A DNA stretch of 55,751 nucleotides, filler included, from Sphacelaria rigidula (lineage: Eukaryota): the NCBI GenBank assembly GCA_964200075.2. It is 5 parts of 5 records of this genome, joined end to end, with 100 filler letters (N's around TTAATTAATTAA, not from the genome) between each part and the next. Parts side by side here need not be neighbours in the genome. Positions count along the whole stretch, not along the records: positions 1 to 11,071 come from CAXNAA020005435.1; positions 11,172 to 22,242 come from CAXNAA020005436.1; 3 more parts are not named here. One strand, given 5' to 3'. Shown here one piece after another: positions 1 to 11,629 of this stretch (positions are counted from its first letter, which is position 1; every line of letters begins with the position of its first letter). Both the position numbers and the translations under genes were made by a program. The notes beneath the pieces were generated by a model that was not told the DNA's origin, did no database searches, and saw only the letters and a list, made by a program, of their open reading frames with translations.

Positions 1-940
1 TTTACAGTAGATAATACGCATTTGCTGAGGACACATAAGCTGTCATTGTGCGAACTGCACAGTTTTCAAGGCTCCATTTAGAATACCTATAACAAGAATT
101 TAACGCAGCATGGCGTGAATTGGCACTTATATCGGGAAACGGCCGACCGTACAACGCTCCCACCGTTGTCATCTATACACAGCACGCCCCCTTCCCCCTG
201 AAACCTTTCATACTCATGCAACAATCAACGGCAATCGCTGAACGTGCAAGCACGTCCCTCCACCGAAGACACCCCTTCTCAAAATATTTCAGACAGACAC
301 CTTCTCTCCCGACCGAACCGGGTGCTGGCTGGCCAACCCACGAAAACCGTATCCCTGGGTGGCTCAAAGCCGAGATGAGAAGCACGTCATGTTCCTATCC
401 ACATTCATCCTGCTGGAGGCCTGTTAATATGTCGTAAGTCCCGGGTTTTGCACACTTCCATTCCCATGTGGCGGCGGAGCGCTTTCGTATTCACCGCCAG
501 ATACGGCAGCGATTTCGCCGGATGGTATGGGAGGGCTTCGAAAAATCCAGATTCCGGCGGAAGTTTGCGCGATTGGCTCAATAATGGAAAATACATGATG
601 CCAGAAAAGTCTCAGAAATAGCCAAACACGTCACCAAGTACAACAGGAATTTGTTAAGGAGCAGTGCGGGGACACGACGTGGGAGCGAAAGTGTCTATAA
701 CTATAAACACGTGAACGCTCCCAACCAAGGTTTGTTGCGCTGCCAAGAATAATACAGGGGAACACATAGTACCAAGTGGCAACAATACGAGAAAAGAAAA
801 ACGAAAAAAATGCATAACAAAAGCAACTTCCCTTACCCTGCCCAAGCAGGACAACAACATTTTGATTCGCTAGGTAATTGGAATCACATCGCCAGACCGA
901 CACATAATACAGACCGTACGCAACACATATCGCTGTCCTC

Positions 941-3900
941 TCAAGCGTCACCGCCCTTGATGCAAGTTACCAACCTGTAAATAGAGACGGGCATAGGACA
1001 GAGCACAAGTGCACAAGCGAGGTGGGGGGATTAAAATAATTTTGTACCCAACCAAATGAAGATGGATTATTTTGGCTTTCGTAACAATCAGAATCGAAAA
1101 AACTGCCTGATTGAATCCCTCCGAGACACGTTGAGCACCTACTACAGCACAATTTTCAGCCCCCACTTTGATCAAGGGAGTGCTGAATCAGCATTTAGGT
1201 GTACATGATACTTCCTGCTGAGCCCCTGCATAACACGTGCATAACCGCAGACTTTTGTTTTCGATAACATGTTTTCAGACCCGATACCACCACGATTCAT
1301 GCCCAGTCGCGTGAAAATAGCCATCGAGTGAAGAGGCTGTGCAGCTGGTTGCCGACAAACAACCCTTGCACAAGACACCTGCTGGTCGTCTATAAACAAC
1401 TGCTGGATGAAACAAACTAGTCGCCTGTAGACACCCCCCTACCGCTTGAGGAAGCTATATAATGTGTGACTTATTGCAAAAAGGCAGATATTTGAAGAAA
1501 GTGTGGACAACCACTCCTGGATGCAACTGTTTGTTGGAACAAGAAGTGGCCCGTGAAGATAAACTCCCTCTGTCCGGAAATATGAGGATGGCCAGGATAT
1601 TCGAAATATGAGGTCGGCTTTGTCATTGAGGGGGTTACAAAAGCTATATTTGCGCCATTTTTTTTGCCGTGCTTCCATCGGTATACAAATGGAAGATATG
1701 GCCTACAGCAGGGGATGGTAAATTTGCATCCCCTCCGAATAATTGTTTTATTCTCCGGACGGATTTTACGGGGATCTGGTCAGTAAGGAAACTTGAATGT
1801 CGTTCTTTCTCCCATATGGAGAGAAGACAAGGGTTTCTCCCAATCTTTTTGTAGGTGCAATCTTGGCTATATAGAGCATGCTGTAGACCGACAATTTGAT
1901 GAACAAACACCTTCCCTTTTGATCAGGAGCAAAATTACATGTGTCAAAAATCGGCATCTTTGAAGCGAAAAATACAGCACGTAGAAAAACAAATTGGGAA
2001 AAAAAAATGTGTTTTTTTCGAAGAAAAGAGAATGTTTGAGGTGATAATCGAACTCCCGCCCCAATTTTTCATGGACAGGTTGACTTACTAAGCATCTTGT
2101 CCGAACCCTATCTTATATTTCCGGACAGAGGTAATACTATTTTCGACTGAAAACCTGTAAATCCACCTTTCAAGCTGTGCTAACAAGCGTGAGGAAGCAT
2201 ACCAACTGACAACCTATGAAACATTGAACATTAAATTCATTTGAGGTGGAAAAGCCTACCGTAGGCAGGTGTATGCGGAGACATGACGGAACGTGCCAAG
2301 TGGGGGATGCGAGTGCCGGTTCCTAAATCAACCGGAAACTCTCCGAAGTTAACCACGCGCGTTTCCAGCGAAATCCCATCAGTATAGACAACGATTGAAA
2401 GACGATGTCGGGCTACAAGTAGTCCTTGAAGACTCGCTAATAAAAATGTGCGACTCGTCCCCTGTAGACGATCACTAAAAAAGGAACGTGTGCAACTGGT
2501 ATCCTGAAGACGACTGTGTTGTGTTGCCATCCCATCTATTCTGGACGCCAGTCTACACCTTTCGGTATATGTCAGTGCATCAGCCGGGGTCACACAGGAG
2601 GGGGGCCAACACAGGAGTTTTTCTTCTTCATTTTGTTCTAGTACTCCACCTTCCTTTTGCGGTGCTTGCCTTATCCCTTATCGCGAGATGGGTTCAGCAG
2701 TCCCTTTTCCTCGTCGACCGTAAAATCGAATCTTGTGTACCCGTGACAAAGTCGTTCTCTAATGTTGGACACTGTGTGAGAGAAATCCCAGATCGTGTGA
2801 CTGCACCGAGATTCGAACCCACGACTCAACTGTCAGAAGTATTTGAGGTTGCATTCTGAGCCACTAGGCCGACCGGCCACTGAATCTGTGCGACTAGTCG
2901 CCTGTCTGACGGCTACGGGTAAGAAATTGGGCGACTATAATAGTCATTTCTCAACAACTTTCACCCGAATAAAGGGGCGTGACTCATCATGTAGCAGCAA
3001 CTATCGCTAAAATTTTACGTTACTAGACATAACCGTCAACGTAGATGTATTTGATTGATTGATTGATCGATTGATTGTCACACTTTAACTGATCCCCCAG
3101 GGATCCAGCCGTGGTAACATGATGGACGTACCCGAGACAAAAATAGAACAGAAACACTCGCCGAAGGAACGTGGATAAAACACCCTAAATACTTGCCATT
3201 TGTACAGGGTGTACAGGTTTTCGAAGCGCTGCTTTTCGGGTTCGATTCGACATACGAGAAACACTTGCGCGGCGCAAATACTCACCAATCAAAACCCTCA
3301 AACAGCCCTGTCCCCTTCAGCGCCGACGCTTCTTGGATCGACCATTGCCGGCTGCGGATGTCTGGCAGCCCAAGCGCCTCTGATACCTGTTTTCCAAACC
3401 ACGATCGCAGAGGTTGCAACACCCGCACATGGAACCAGAAGACCCGATTCGATGAACAAAGCAAAGGTGACAACAAAACGAGAGAAGAACCCTTGGGCCC
3501 CATCTCATATAAGATTGTGGGTGGCACGAACTCGTCCTGACGTCACCTACAGGCTGGTTAACGCTTAATAACCTGAACACACTAATCCGTAAAACTTCAC
3601 GCCGTTTTAGGAGTTAGACCCTGAAATTTCGCACACCTTTGTTATAGGTCATGGAGTATTTTCGGAAAGGTCGAGGTTTTTTTCAATTTCGATTTTTTAC
3701 CGTGTATCGGGGGTCCCAGGGTTTGGGGGGAAGCTTGAATTCCATCAGACCCCGAAAAAAGATCAGAAAGTCCCGATTAAGAGACTTCGTCCGCCGAAAG
3801 GTGCGTAATGACCCCTGGCACATTTGAGCAAACGTTTGAGGGCTCAACTCCTGAAGGAGTGAAGTTTTGCGCGTTTGTGCGATGGCGTGAGCTTGAAACG

Positions 3901-4165
3901 TGCAAAGTCATTACTTGGTTTTAGTATGGGAGCACCTTGGGTAAATTGAACGTCAAAGCGAGAAAAACTGTAAGAGATACCGGTGTTTCTCGACCAAACT
4001 TTAAGCATCTATTCCTTGGACTACCGGGACGCATCATTTCATTGTTCCTCTTTTGAGCCATTCTGTATCGCCTTCCGGAGTTCTTCCCACCGGGATCTCC
4101 TGAAGTCGGTAGAGAACGGAGGAACCTTGAAAAATTGCACACGTTGACAACACAATATGTTTCCA

Positions 4166-4197
<32 letters not shown>

Positions 4198-7100
4198 CGA
4201 TCAAGTTGGAAGTTTGCGATATATTGCCGACGTAATGGCAAAGGTCATACGTAGTTTGGAGAAGAAGCCGCAACAGCTTATGCGGTGAGCACGGCAATCA
4301 ATCTGGATCATGGATACTTTTATTGGGTGAAATTGATGCCACTTCAACAGATTACCTGATTTTCTCGCCGTCACATGGTTGATGGAGAGCGGCGGGGAAA
4401 TTTTGTCGTGTCTTCTGATTGTTCCATGAGCATGATGCGGGTTCGATTTTCATGTGAAATCGATGCTGATTTCACAAAAGAAAAACTTTTTTTTTTTCGT
4501 TTTCAGCACGAAGAGCAACATGGATGATGAATACGTGCGGAGGCTCAACATCACGCATCACATTCAAAAGTGAACCTGAGTAATTGACCGCCCCCGCAAA
4601 CCAAGAACCCATATAGTGGCAACGAATTTGACCATTTGACCGCATGATCGGTTATCTGCTGTTAAATCGGCATCAGTTACTTGGACTTCACAAATTACAG
4701 CGTGGCCCAGATGACCTACCCCACATCATGGCAACAACACGCACACTCCAGCAATATCCTACTTGAAACGTCACTTAGACAGTAGACTATAAATTACTGC
4801 AAAAGAGGTACTCCGTGAAAAAGATATGTGGTTCATGATTTCCTTGAACCGTCCTAAGTTGTACCGCTTATCTTGCTGCGACGACTTCGTTCAAATGCAA
4901 TGAATATCGACTGCATCGTCTAAACAACACAAATCGTATATATGGAATGTCACGAGCCCTGACATATCGATGGCACAATATATATTGACTTGTCTCTCGT
5001 GCCATAATATTGCTCGCTCAAAATGTACCACACGACGCGTCGACATATTGGGCGGGCAATATAGATTACATATTACATTTTGTTTTGTCTAGGGTGTGAA
5101 ATATTGTCAAAGATGCAGTGTTTCCTTTTTCGAGCATCAATACCTCCGGAATTGCCAAGTTCGAGGGCGATCTGAGCTTTTTTTACGACAGATAAAAGGG
5201 ACACCGTCACGAGGCTCCCTGGATCTTTCGTGCGGATCATCAGTGGAAAGTAGATTACGCCGAAATTCCACACCAACGAAACCGTGATGTTTCGGGTATA
5301 ATTCGACCCCATGGTAACCGTTTTCATTTTTTCCGTTAGATTTCCAAGCTGATGGCGGTTACCAAAACGTGAAGCATGTGGAGATTGACCCAAAATTGGG
5401 ATTGATATTCGTATTTTGTATTTCAAAACAATTTGAAGGGCGCTGATTGGTCTAGGTAACGTTTCGCCCTTAGCGCCACCACTATGGCCCTGAGCACAAA
5501 TTCGGCTACGTCGCGCTCTTCAGCTGTCCATGGCGGTCAGTATGATATCATGTATGCGACTATTGGATAGGTATTGCGAAGGGCATTCCCTGATCACAAA
5601 ACGTTTGGGTGATAAACGTGAAACAGCCTGTAGAGCCCAACACAAGACACGGCATCAGATTGCAAACAACGCCCGAGCCCCTCCATCACAGGATAAGGGT
5701 TAGGTACAGGGATGGAACGAACGAAGGATCAGATCATAGTATCGTTAAAGAGAGGTCGTTAAAGTCACGGTGGAGCTTGTGCGAGAAAGTGATTCAGCAA
5801 GAAATTTAAAAACGTTGTGCACTAAACTACAGAGCCATTCACCATATGTTTCGCGTGAACTCAAGTTTACACCACGAGAACAAAATGGACAGCAGCTCCT
5901 ACCCTGAGATCTGCAATTTGCTTTCACCTAGTCAAAAATCTTGACCAACAGGTTGCGTTAACGCCATTCACCCAGAATTCGACGTTTGTTGATCCCCCAA
6001 CATATCGCAAGTTTTTACGTGGAAAAGCAGTTGTCTGAACAATGGAGTTTGGGGTTACTTGCCTACGCCCCGCCCTCCTCCCTCCGTTTTCCACCACACC
6101 CCACCGACATTGCAATCATCAACTCTCGGGGGGGGAAATGATTTCATCTTGGAAGGGCGTAGATCAAGTTCCTGCGAGCGTCTCGTTTCAAATAGTTTTC
6201 AATCTTGGCGTGGACGGGCGCCATCCGACCCACCTCTGTACGGTTGAGGGACCCTGGCTGGTCCTGTTTATTGGCGAACACCAGCAAAATCGCATCCTTC
6301 AATTCCTCCTCCTGCACGGCACGCGAGACAAGAGCGAACAAGGAGTGCGAACAGGGAGTGCGAACAGGAAGGTCTGGGTTGGCGCGATGAAACGCAAAAG
6401 TGGGTCGAAAAAACGCAGCCAAAAAGAGACCATATTCACACACTTTTGTTTTTTGTTTTGTCCCCAGATGACAGGAAGGCACCTTAAACCTTGCACTTCG
6501 CTATTTCTAATTTCGTGCAGCGCTTCGAGTCGCTCCACCCGTCACACATGCCCAGCTGAGGGTAGACATGTCTGGCGAATGTATGGATAGGCACCAAGGT
6601 GGGAATGCCCCCCCCACCCAGGTAGTGTCGGACTTGGGAAATGAAAACAAAGATGTCCCGCACCGACCAAACCTCCTACAATGTCCCCTAGCTCGACTCG
6701 GTACACGAGTCACCCTACCCATCCGGGCGTCGGTCCTCACTGGTCGTCAACTTAACCCTTAGACGGCGAGAGTAGGTCATCTGTCGAATCGGCATCAATT
6801 TCACTTGCAAACAGGATGATCCAGATGAACTACTCTCCCGGTCTGAGGCTTAACCCTTCTGGGACCGGGCCTCCAGAACGACGAACGAGGCTGGTTAGGA
6901 TTGACGTGTCTAGCGTCTGCACGAAGCAGTGGTTTCATGTTTCTGAAAACCCACGTATATAACCGCAGGATTAGGAGGAAGGCCGACAATTTCGTTTAAT
7001 CTATTTTCAGATGCAGGTACAATGCATTATTCTGGTGGGGTGCGCATTAGGTAATGTACAGAGGTAACGAGCAGTATGAGTCGCCGTAGAGAGCTTTCAA

Positions 7101-10100
7101 CAGGATGTGGCGACCGGCGAGCCGCCCGCCACTTGTGGGTTTGGATTATGCTGTTATCCCCATCACCTCGCTACACAGCCCTCTGCGGTCGGGGTGGAGC
7201 ACAATTTCCCTCTTTGTTGCAAGCGGGAAATTCTCTTCGAAGCGCATGGGCGTTGCGGCGCACATACAGTGCAGTACGCCTCTCCGACTGCAGCAGCAGC
7301 TGCCGCTGCATACTCCCTCACACGTTCTTGGCAGTTCTCAGCTACGGAGATCAGCTGCTGATACACAGCTTGTTCGTCTCTGCCCACTACATGGATGTTT
7401 ACCGCACACTGCAAGGCACCGGCGATAGGCGGAACTCATGCCCAGCTGGGTTTAGTGGCAAACTGAAGATGTACCGGGACAGCATCTGCTTAATCAAATT
7501 AGCGGGCGAAGCCCGCATCTCAAGCCAAACCTTCCACACACAGATTGGTGTAACCCAAAGTGAATTGAAAGAAGCGCGACTATGGCCGAGTGTTCAAACT
7601 CGGCACTGGCCCAAGATTGAAGACCTCTCCACAATCAGACGGAGAACTGAAGCATGGGACATGTCCTGTGTCACTACTGTACCGCAGCAAAAACACTCAA
7701 GCCCTCTCTCATGTATCCGAGCTTCCGCCGTCTGATCTGTTGTGGTGTGTTCATCCATTGCGAACACGGTTTGGATCGCATGGACTGCGATTTTAGTCGT
7801 TGTGTTCGTCTCTGGAGAAAACAATGTTGGTTGGCACGCAGTGCTGGCTCCACACTGTTGAAAGCTTCCTGGGTGTGTTGACTGTTTCGTCTTCGGTAAG
7901 ACGAACAACACGCTGTCCGTTGCTGCGACACTCCTGCTGGTGCCGTGCGTTTGGCGCCTGTACTGTACCGTACTACTGTATTGTGTTCAGTGCACAATAC
8001 TGTATCATCCATGATACTGTATTGGACTGAAACGCGACAAGAGTTAGACCGCACGAACACTCGGTTTTAGAGTACTTCCCTGGCGATTCCCGAGCGAAAT
8101 GGAGCGATCTGATTGGTAAGTTACCAAGCGAATCTGTCCCGCTCCAAATACAGTCTGCCGAGTGCCCTCGTGAAAATGACCAAAATGTGGCACGTACACT
8201 TTTTCCCGATTTCCCTTCCTAATCATGTGTTCGTGTAATTACTACGTTCTAGGAGTTCTACCGCAGTTCGATCATACTTGTAACTGGCACATTGAGCTGC
8301 CTCAGAAGATGATACCCTCCACTTAAACCGGCCCACCAATCTTGATGTCACGCCGGAATTCACCATCTGCTGTGCTGTCTCCGTACGTGAAGCACACGCA
8401 TCCTCTCCGTGTCTACTAAATGGTTTGTGCATTTGAAGCGTAAAACCAGGCGTAGACAGTCACGGTAACCCTTCTCACCCCCCTGCTCTCCCACCTACGA
8501 CCGAGCAATCATCAGTGGAGCGTGCTGTACCTCTAACATTGCCATGAGCTCCTGCTTCGCGATGCTCATCCGCTCTCGGTCCGAGCTGTCTACGACGAAC
8601 ACGATCGCGTCCGTGTTGGGATAATAGCATCGCCAATACGGCCGAATGCTCGTCTGCCCGCCCAAATCCCACACCTGCAAAATTTGTCAACCAGCATAAA
8701 AAAAAAACATGATAATAAACACAACGTGGTGTCGCGTTGCTGTTCCCATTCGCAATATGCCAAACCGCGTCTCCGAAGACCGCTTATGCGCATGCAGTCT
8801 CAACCAAACGTAGGAAGCAAACGTCGGAATCTCTTCCTCTTCCCTTCCCCTGGTTTTCAGAGTCGAAGCGGTCGTTGTCAGTTATGTACGACATCAAGAA
8901 TCATGCGACCCAGGATGAAACCGCCACAGGTTGATTCAGGGTGAACACCCAAAATGCACTGATCTGCAAAACCTCAAGCCGGCTGTCGGACTCAAATTCT
9001 GAACATTTGCACACATGTACTTTGGGTCACTACGAAACTTTGGCACGCTCTTATATTTTCTCTTTTGCCGGCTACCGGGGGTTCCAGGGTTCGGGGGGGA
9101 TCTGGGGGAATCACACACCGTTCCAGGACTCCAAAAAATGACGAAATAAAAGAGGTGAAACACACGTCCTCCAAAATTTTCGTAATGGCCCAAACTTCAC
9201 GAGTGCAAATTTTCAGAACCCAACTTTAAAACCCGGCGTGAGGTTTTGCGGGTGTGCGCGCTCACGTAAACCGTACCGGTACAACCTCCTACATACTTGA
9301 TTTTAGTATGGAACACCTTATTTAACGTGGAAACGATTCCCCTGCATCAGTTCATCGAGTTCCGAAACGAAAATCCGTACAAGTGTTCCTTGGACTACGC
9401 CGGGACGAACGTATGCTTTATTTTTGGTTATGAGGCATTCCGTACCGGCTTCATGGGTTTTCCGCGCCTGGACCCCCCCCGAAAACCGGCAAAGAGCGGA
9501 CAAACTTTAGAGAATATTTCAAGAATATCCTCCTTGCATTTGGGGCACCAATGCCCGATGAACTGCCAAGTTTGAGGGCGATCTGAGATTGTCCACGATA
9601 GATAAAAGGGAAAACGTCCAGAAGCTTCCTGGGTCTGTGGTGCGTGTCATCAGCGGAATCCGACGTCGCCGAAAATCCCTCGTCACCGAAATCCACGGTT
9701 TGGGGTATGTTTCGACCCTGTGGTTACCGTATTCATATCTGTTTCTTTCGTTAGCTTCCCGGGCTGATGGCGAATACTACAATTTTCGTCCCTCATCACC
9801 ACCCTTATGGCCTTGAACACAAACGTGACTACGTCACCCCCTTCAGCTATCTATGGCGGTCAGTATGTTACCATTGATTTGATTTGATTTGATTGTCGCA
9901 CTTTAACTGACCCCCCAGGGGTCCCAGCCGTGGTCACATTATAGATGTACCCAAGAAAAACAAAGCTGAAATTACTCGCTTGAAGAAAAAGAAGGAACAG
10001 AAAAAAAGTCGAACAGAACGACCATGTATGCGACTATCGGATAAACACCGCCAAAGGCGTTTGCTGATGACTTACTATTGGGTCTTCACCTTGAACCAGC

Positions 10101-10697
10101 TCGTACATTTTCCTGATCGCAATGAAGATTCCATGCTTGGGCTTTTTGTACGTTTTCATCGTTGTACTCGTATGTTCACATCTCCACTCACAAAAACTCA
10201 AGCCCCCCCATTCCTCTCCCCCCCCCCGAAATGATTTTGATCGAGAAGCTACTTACTAATAGGGTCGTAACCTATCGTGTGAAAAGTATAAAACTAATCA
10301 AACCAAAACATGACATCAAAGAAAGCGTCTCGTTCGCGCGCCTCAATTGCATGAATCGCCTCGTTTTTCCTCATCCGCTTGCCACGTACTCTACCGAAGG
10401 ACTTGTACCATCCACCCATGACATCCACCACAAAAGGTCACGCGCCCATCTCCCAAGGCATCCACTCGTCCAAAGCTCGGTACAACCCAAATGACACACC
10501 TGAAACTTGATGTTCTTGTACTGCAGGGTTTCCACATTGAAGCCGATGGTAGGAATGGTTTGAATATTGTCGTCCGCCTCATTCTGTAGGCGGTACAGGA
10601 TCGTTGTTTTCCCCGCGTTGTCGAGCCCCAGGATCAAGATTCTGACCTCCTTAGACCCGAACAGGGCCTGGAAAACTCGGCTCAGTACGATACCCAT
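941..10697 (-). CDS. ARL1: ADP-ribosylation factor-like GTPase 1, complete 5-exon gene, 184 aa
   Basis: Exons 10697-10500, 8674-8531, 6311-6234, 3386-3286 and 974-941; all introns GT-AG, phases 0,0,0,2. The spliced protein has the N-terminal MG myristoylation site, GLDNAGKT (G1), [17 protein letters not shown] (ARL1-diagnostic, versus WDVGGQDKIRPLW in ARF1), NKQD and SALKG, and ends [13 protein letters not shown]. Confidence 0.96.
1564..2134. mobile_element. Stowaway-like MITE, 571 bp (ARL1 intron 4)
   Basis: CTCCCTCTGTCCGGAAATATGAG ... CTTATATTTCCGGACAGAGGTAA|TA with a 17-bp perfect inverted core CCTCTGTCCGGAAATAT. The terminus resembles the Stowaway/mariner CTCCCTCCGT motif. Confidence 0.7.
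2515..2878 (-). mobile_element. tRNA-derived SINE, family S1, full length
   Basis: On the minus strand: A-box-like TAGTGGCTCAGAATG, B-box GGTTCGAATC, a unique body and a CA-rich tail. Homologous to 51653-52271, 11172-11422 and 21402-21538. Confidence 0.8.
3050..3175 (-). mobile_element. Second copy of the (AATC)n-tailed retroposon fragment
   Basis: (TTGA)n tract followed by GTCACACTTTAACTGATCCCCCAGGGATCCAGCCGTGG, matching 9875-10020. Confidence 0.65.
3550..5630. mobile_element. Non-autonomous Tc1/mariner-type DNA transposon, family A copy 1 (ARL1 intron 3)
   Basis: TA|CAGGCTGGTTAACGCTTAAT ... GATAAACGTGAAACAGCCTG|TA: imperfect ~20-bp TIRs with TA on both sides. The body is colinear with the copies at 8927 and 11630. 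Confidence 0.85.
4138..5098. mobile_element. 961-bp TIR element nested in family A copy 1, 8-bp target duplication
   Basis: The left end CACACGTTGACAACACAATATGT matches the reverse complement of the right end (CACACCCTAGACAAAACAAAATGT). It is flanked by AAAAATTG / AAATATTG, and copy 3 of the host shows a single AAATATTG at 12233-12240 (empty site). Confidence 0.82.
6756..6849. mobile_element. piggyBac-type MITE, 94 bp, TTAA target duplication
   Basis: TTAA|CCCTTAGACGGCGAGAGTAGGTCATCTG ... CAGATGAACTACTCTCCCGGTCTGAGGC|TTAA (28-bp imperfect TIR). Confidence 0.75.
8927..10103. mobile_element. Family A DNA transposon copy 2 (related subfamily, ARL1 intron 1)
   Basis: CAGGTTGATTCAGGGTGAACACCC ... 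GGGTCTTCACCTTGAACCAGCTCG|TA inverted ends. Internal blocks (TTTTAGTATG, GCCAAGTTTGAGGGCGATCT, CTTCAGCT...GGCGGTCAGTATG) are shared with copies 1 and 3. Confidence 0.8.
9875..10020 (-). mobile_element. 5'-truncated retroposon (LINE/SINE 3' end with (AAATC)n tail) inserted in family A copy 2
   Basis: Flanked by ACCAT at 9870-9874 and 10021-10025, absent at the homologous position of copies 1 and 3, and homologous to 3050-3175. Confidence 0.75.
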
Positions 10698-11071
10698 TGT
10701 ATACTGTGATGTGTGCTAGCTGCACCGGAAAATGCCAGTCTCAAAGAACACCCGGGTCGCAAAACTCCTCGTCCGCTTTCGTTTTGCCTGCTTCATGCCA
10801 AAGGTAGTTTTGAGCGCAAAAAATGGAACCAAGCGTGTTGTAAGCGTTCACGGCGGGCGGCAGATCGCTAAAAGATGCATGTTAAAACCCTTTTGGGACT
10901 GATCTTCAGCAACGAGGGGTTTACCATGTGTTCGTGAAATAATAATAAAAAAGTCTGGGAGCGACCTGCCTAATCACGGCGAGGCGAAATTTATCGAGCA
11001 CATCCGAACGACCAGTTGGGGGGGGGGGGGGGCTCTCCCCGGGAATGATGTCACTGCCGAATTTGTGGGTG

Positions 11072-11171
11072 NNNNNNNNNNNNNNNNNNNNNNNNNNNNN
11101 NNNNNNNNNNNNNNNTTAATTAATTAANNNNNNNNNNNNNNNNNNNNNNNNNNNNNNNNNNNNNNNNNNNN
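11072..11171. other. Artificial contig linker (N44-TTAATTAATTAA-N44)
   Basis: 100-bp spacer with stop codons in all six frames; identical at four positions. Confidence 0.97.
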
Positions 11172-11422
11172 CCCCGGCTGATGCGCCCACATATACCAAA
11201 AGCTGTAGACTGGCGCCCAGAATGAATGGGACGACAACACACACAACACAACTCACACCGCAGAAGAAACGTGGAGTACTAAAACAAAAGAAGAAAGAAA
11301 AATCCTCCTGTGTTGGCCGTCATCCTGTGTGACTCCGGCTGATGTACCCACATATACCGAAAGGTGTAGACTGGCGTCCAGAAAAGATGGGATAATAATA
11401 CACACGCACAAACACATACACA
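11172..11422 (+). mobile_element. Two tandem 3' fragments of SINE family S1
   Basis: CCGGCTGATG..CCCACATATACC..GTAGACTGGCG..CAGAA..ATGGGA plus a (CA)n tail occurs twice (11172-11255 and 11256-11422). Confidence 0.75.
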
Positions 11423-11629
11423 CGCGCGCGCGCGTACGCTTCGTCGGCACCTATAATCCGTCGTGATCGACTGCCCGCGCAGAAATGCACAGGTGGACCA
11501 TACGCAGAGCTCGCCTCGTACGCATCGGAGGGTTGCACGCTACTTCGTGAGCGGATCGACGTCGCACTCGGGCTGTCGGTTCGATTTGCGCAGACTGATG
11601 CCCTTCTTCGTCAGCCTGCACGTACTACA

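Noticed and set aside
2800..2878. tRNA gene (also 47580-47650, 48270-48342, 51653-51730 and 43590-43663)
   Set aside because: The acceptor and anticodon arms do not form proper cloverleaves, and most are attached to a repeated body. They are SINE heads.
7076..7735. 219-aa ORF antisense within ARL1 intron 2
   Set aside because: No recognisable domain or convincing splice structure; likely a chance ORF in decayed repeat DNA.
11116..11127. TTAATTAATTAA motif recurring every ~11.17 kb
   Set aside because: It is embedded in N runs and is a synthetic six-frame stop linker, not biology.
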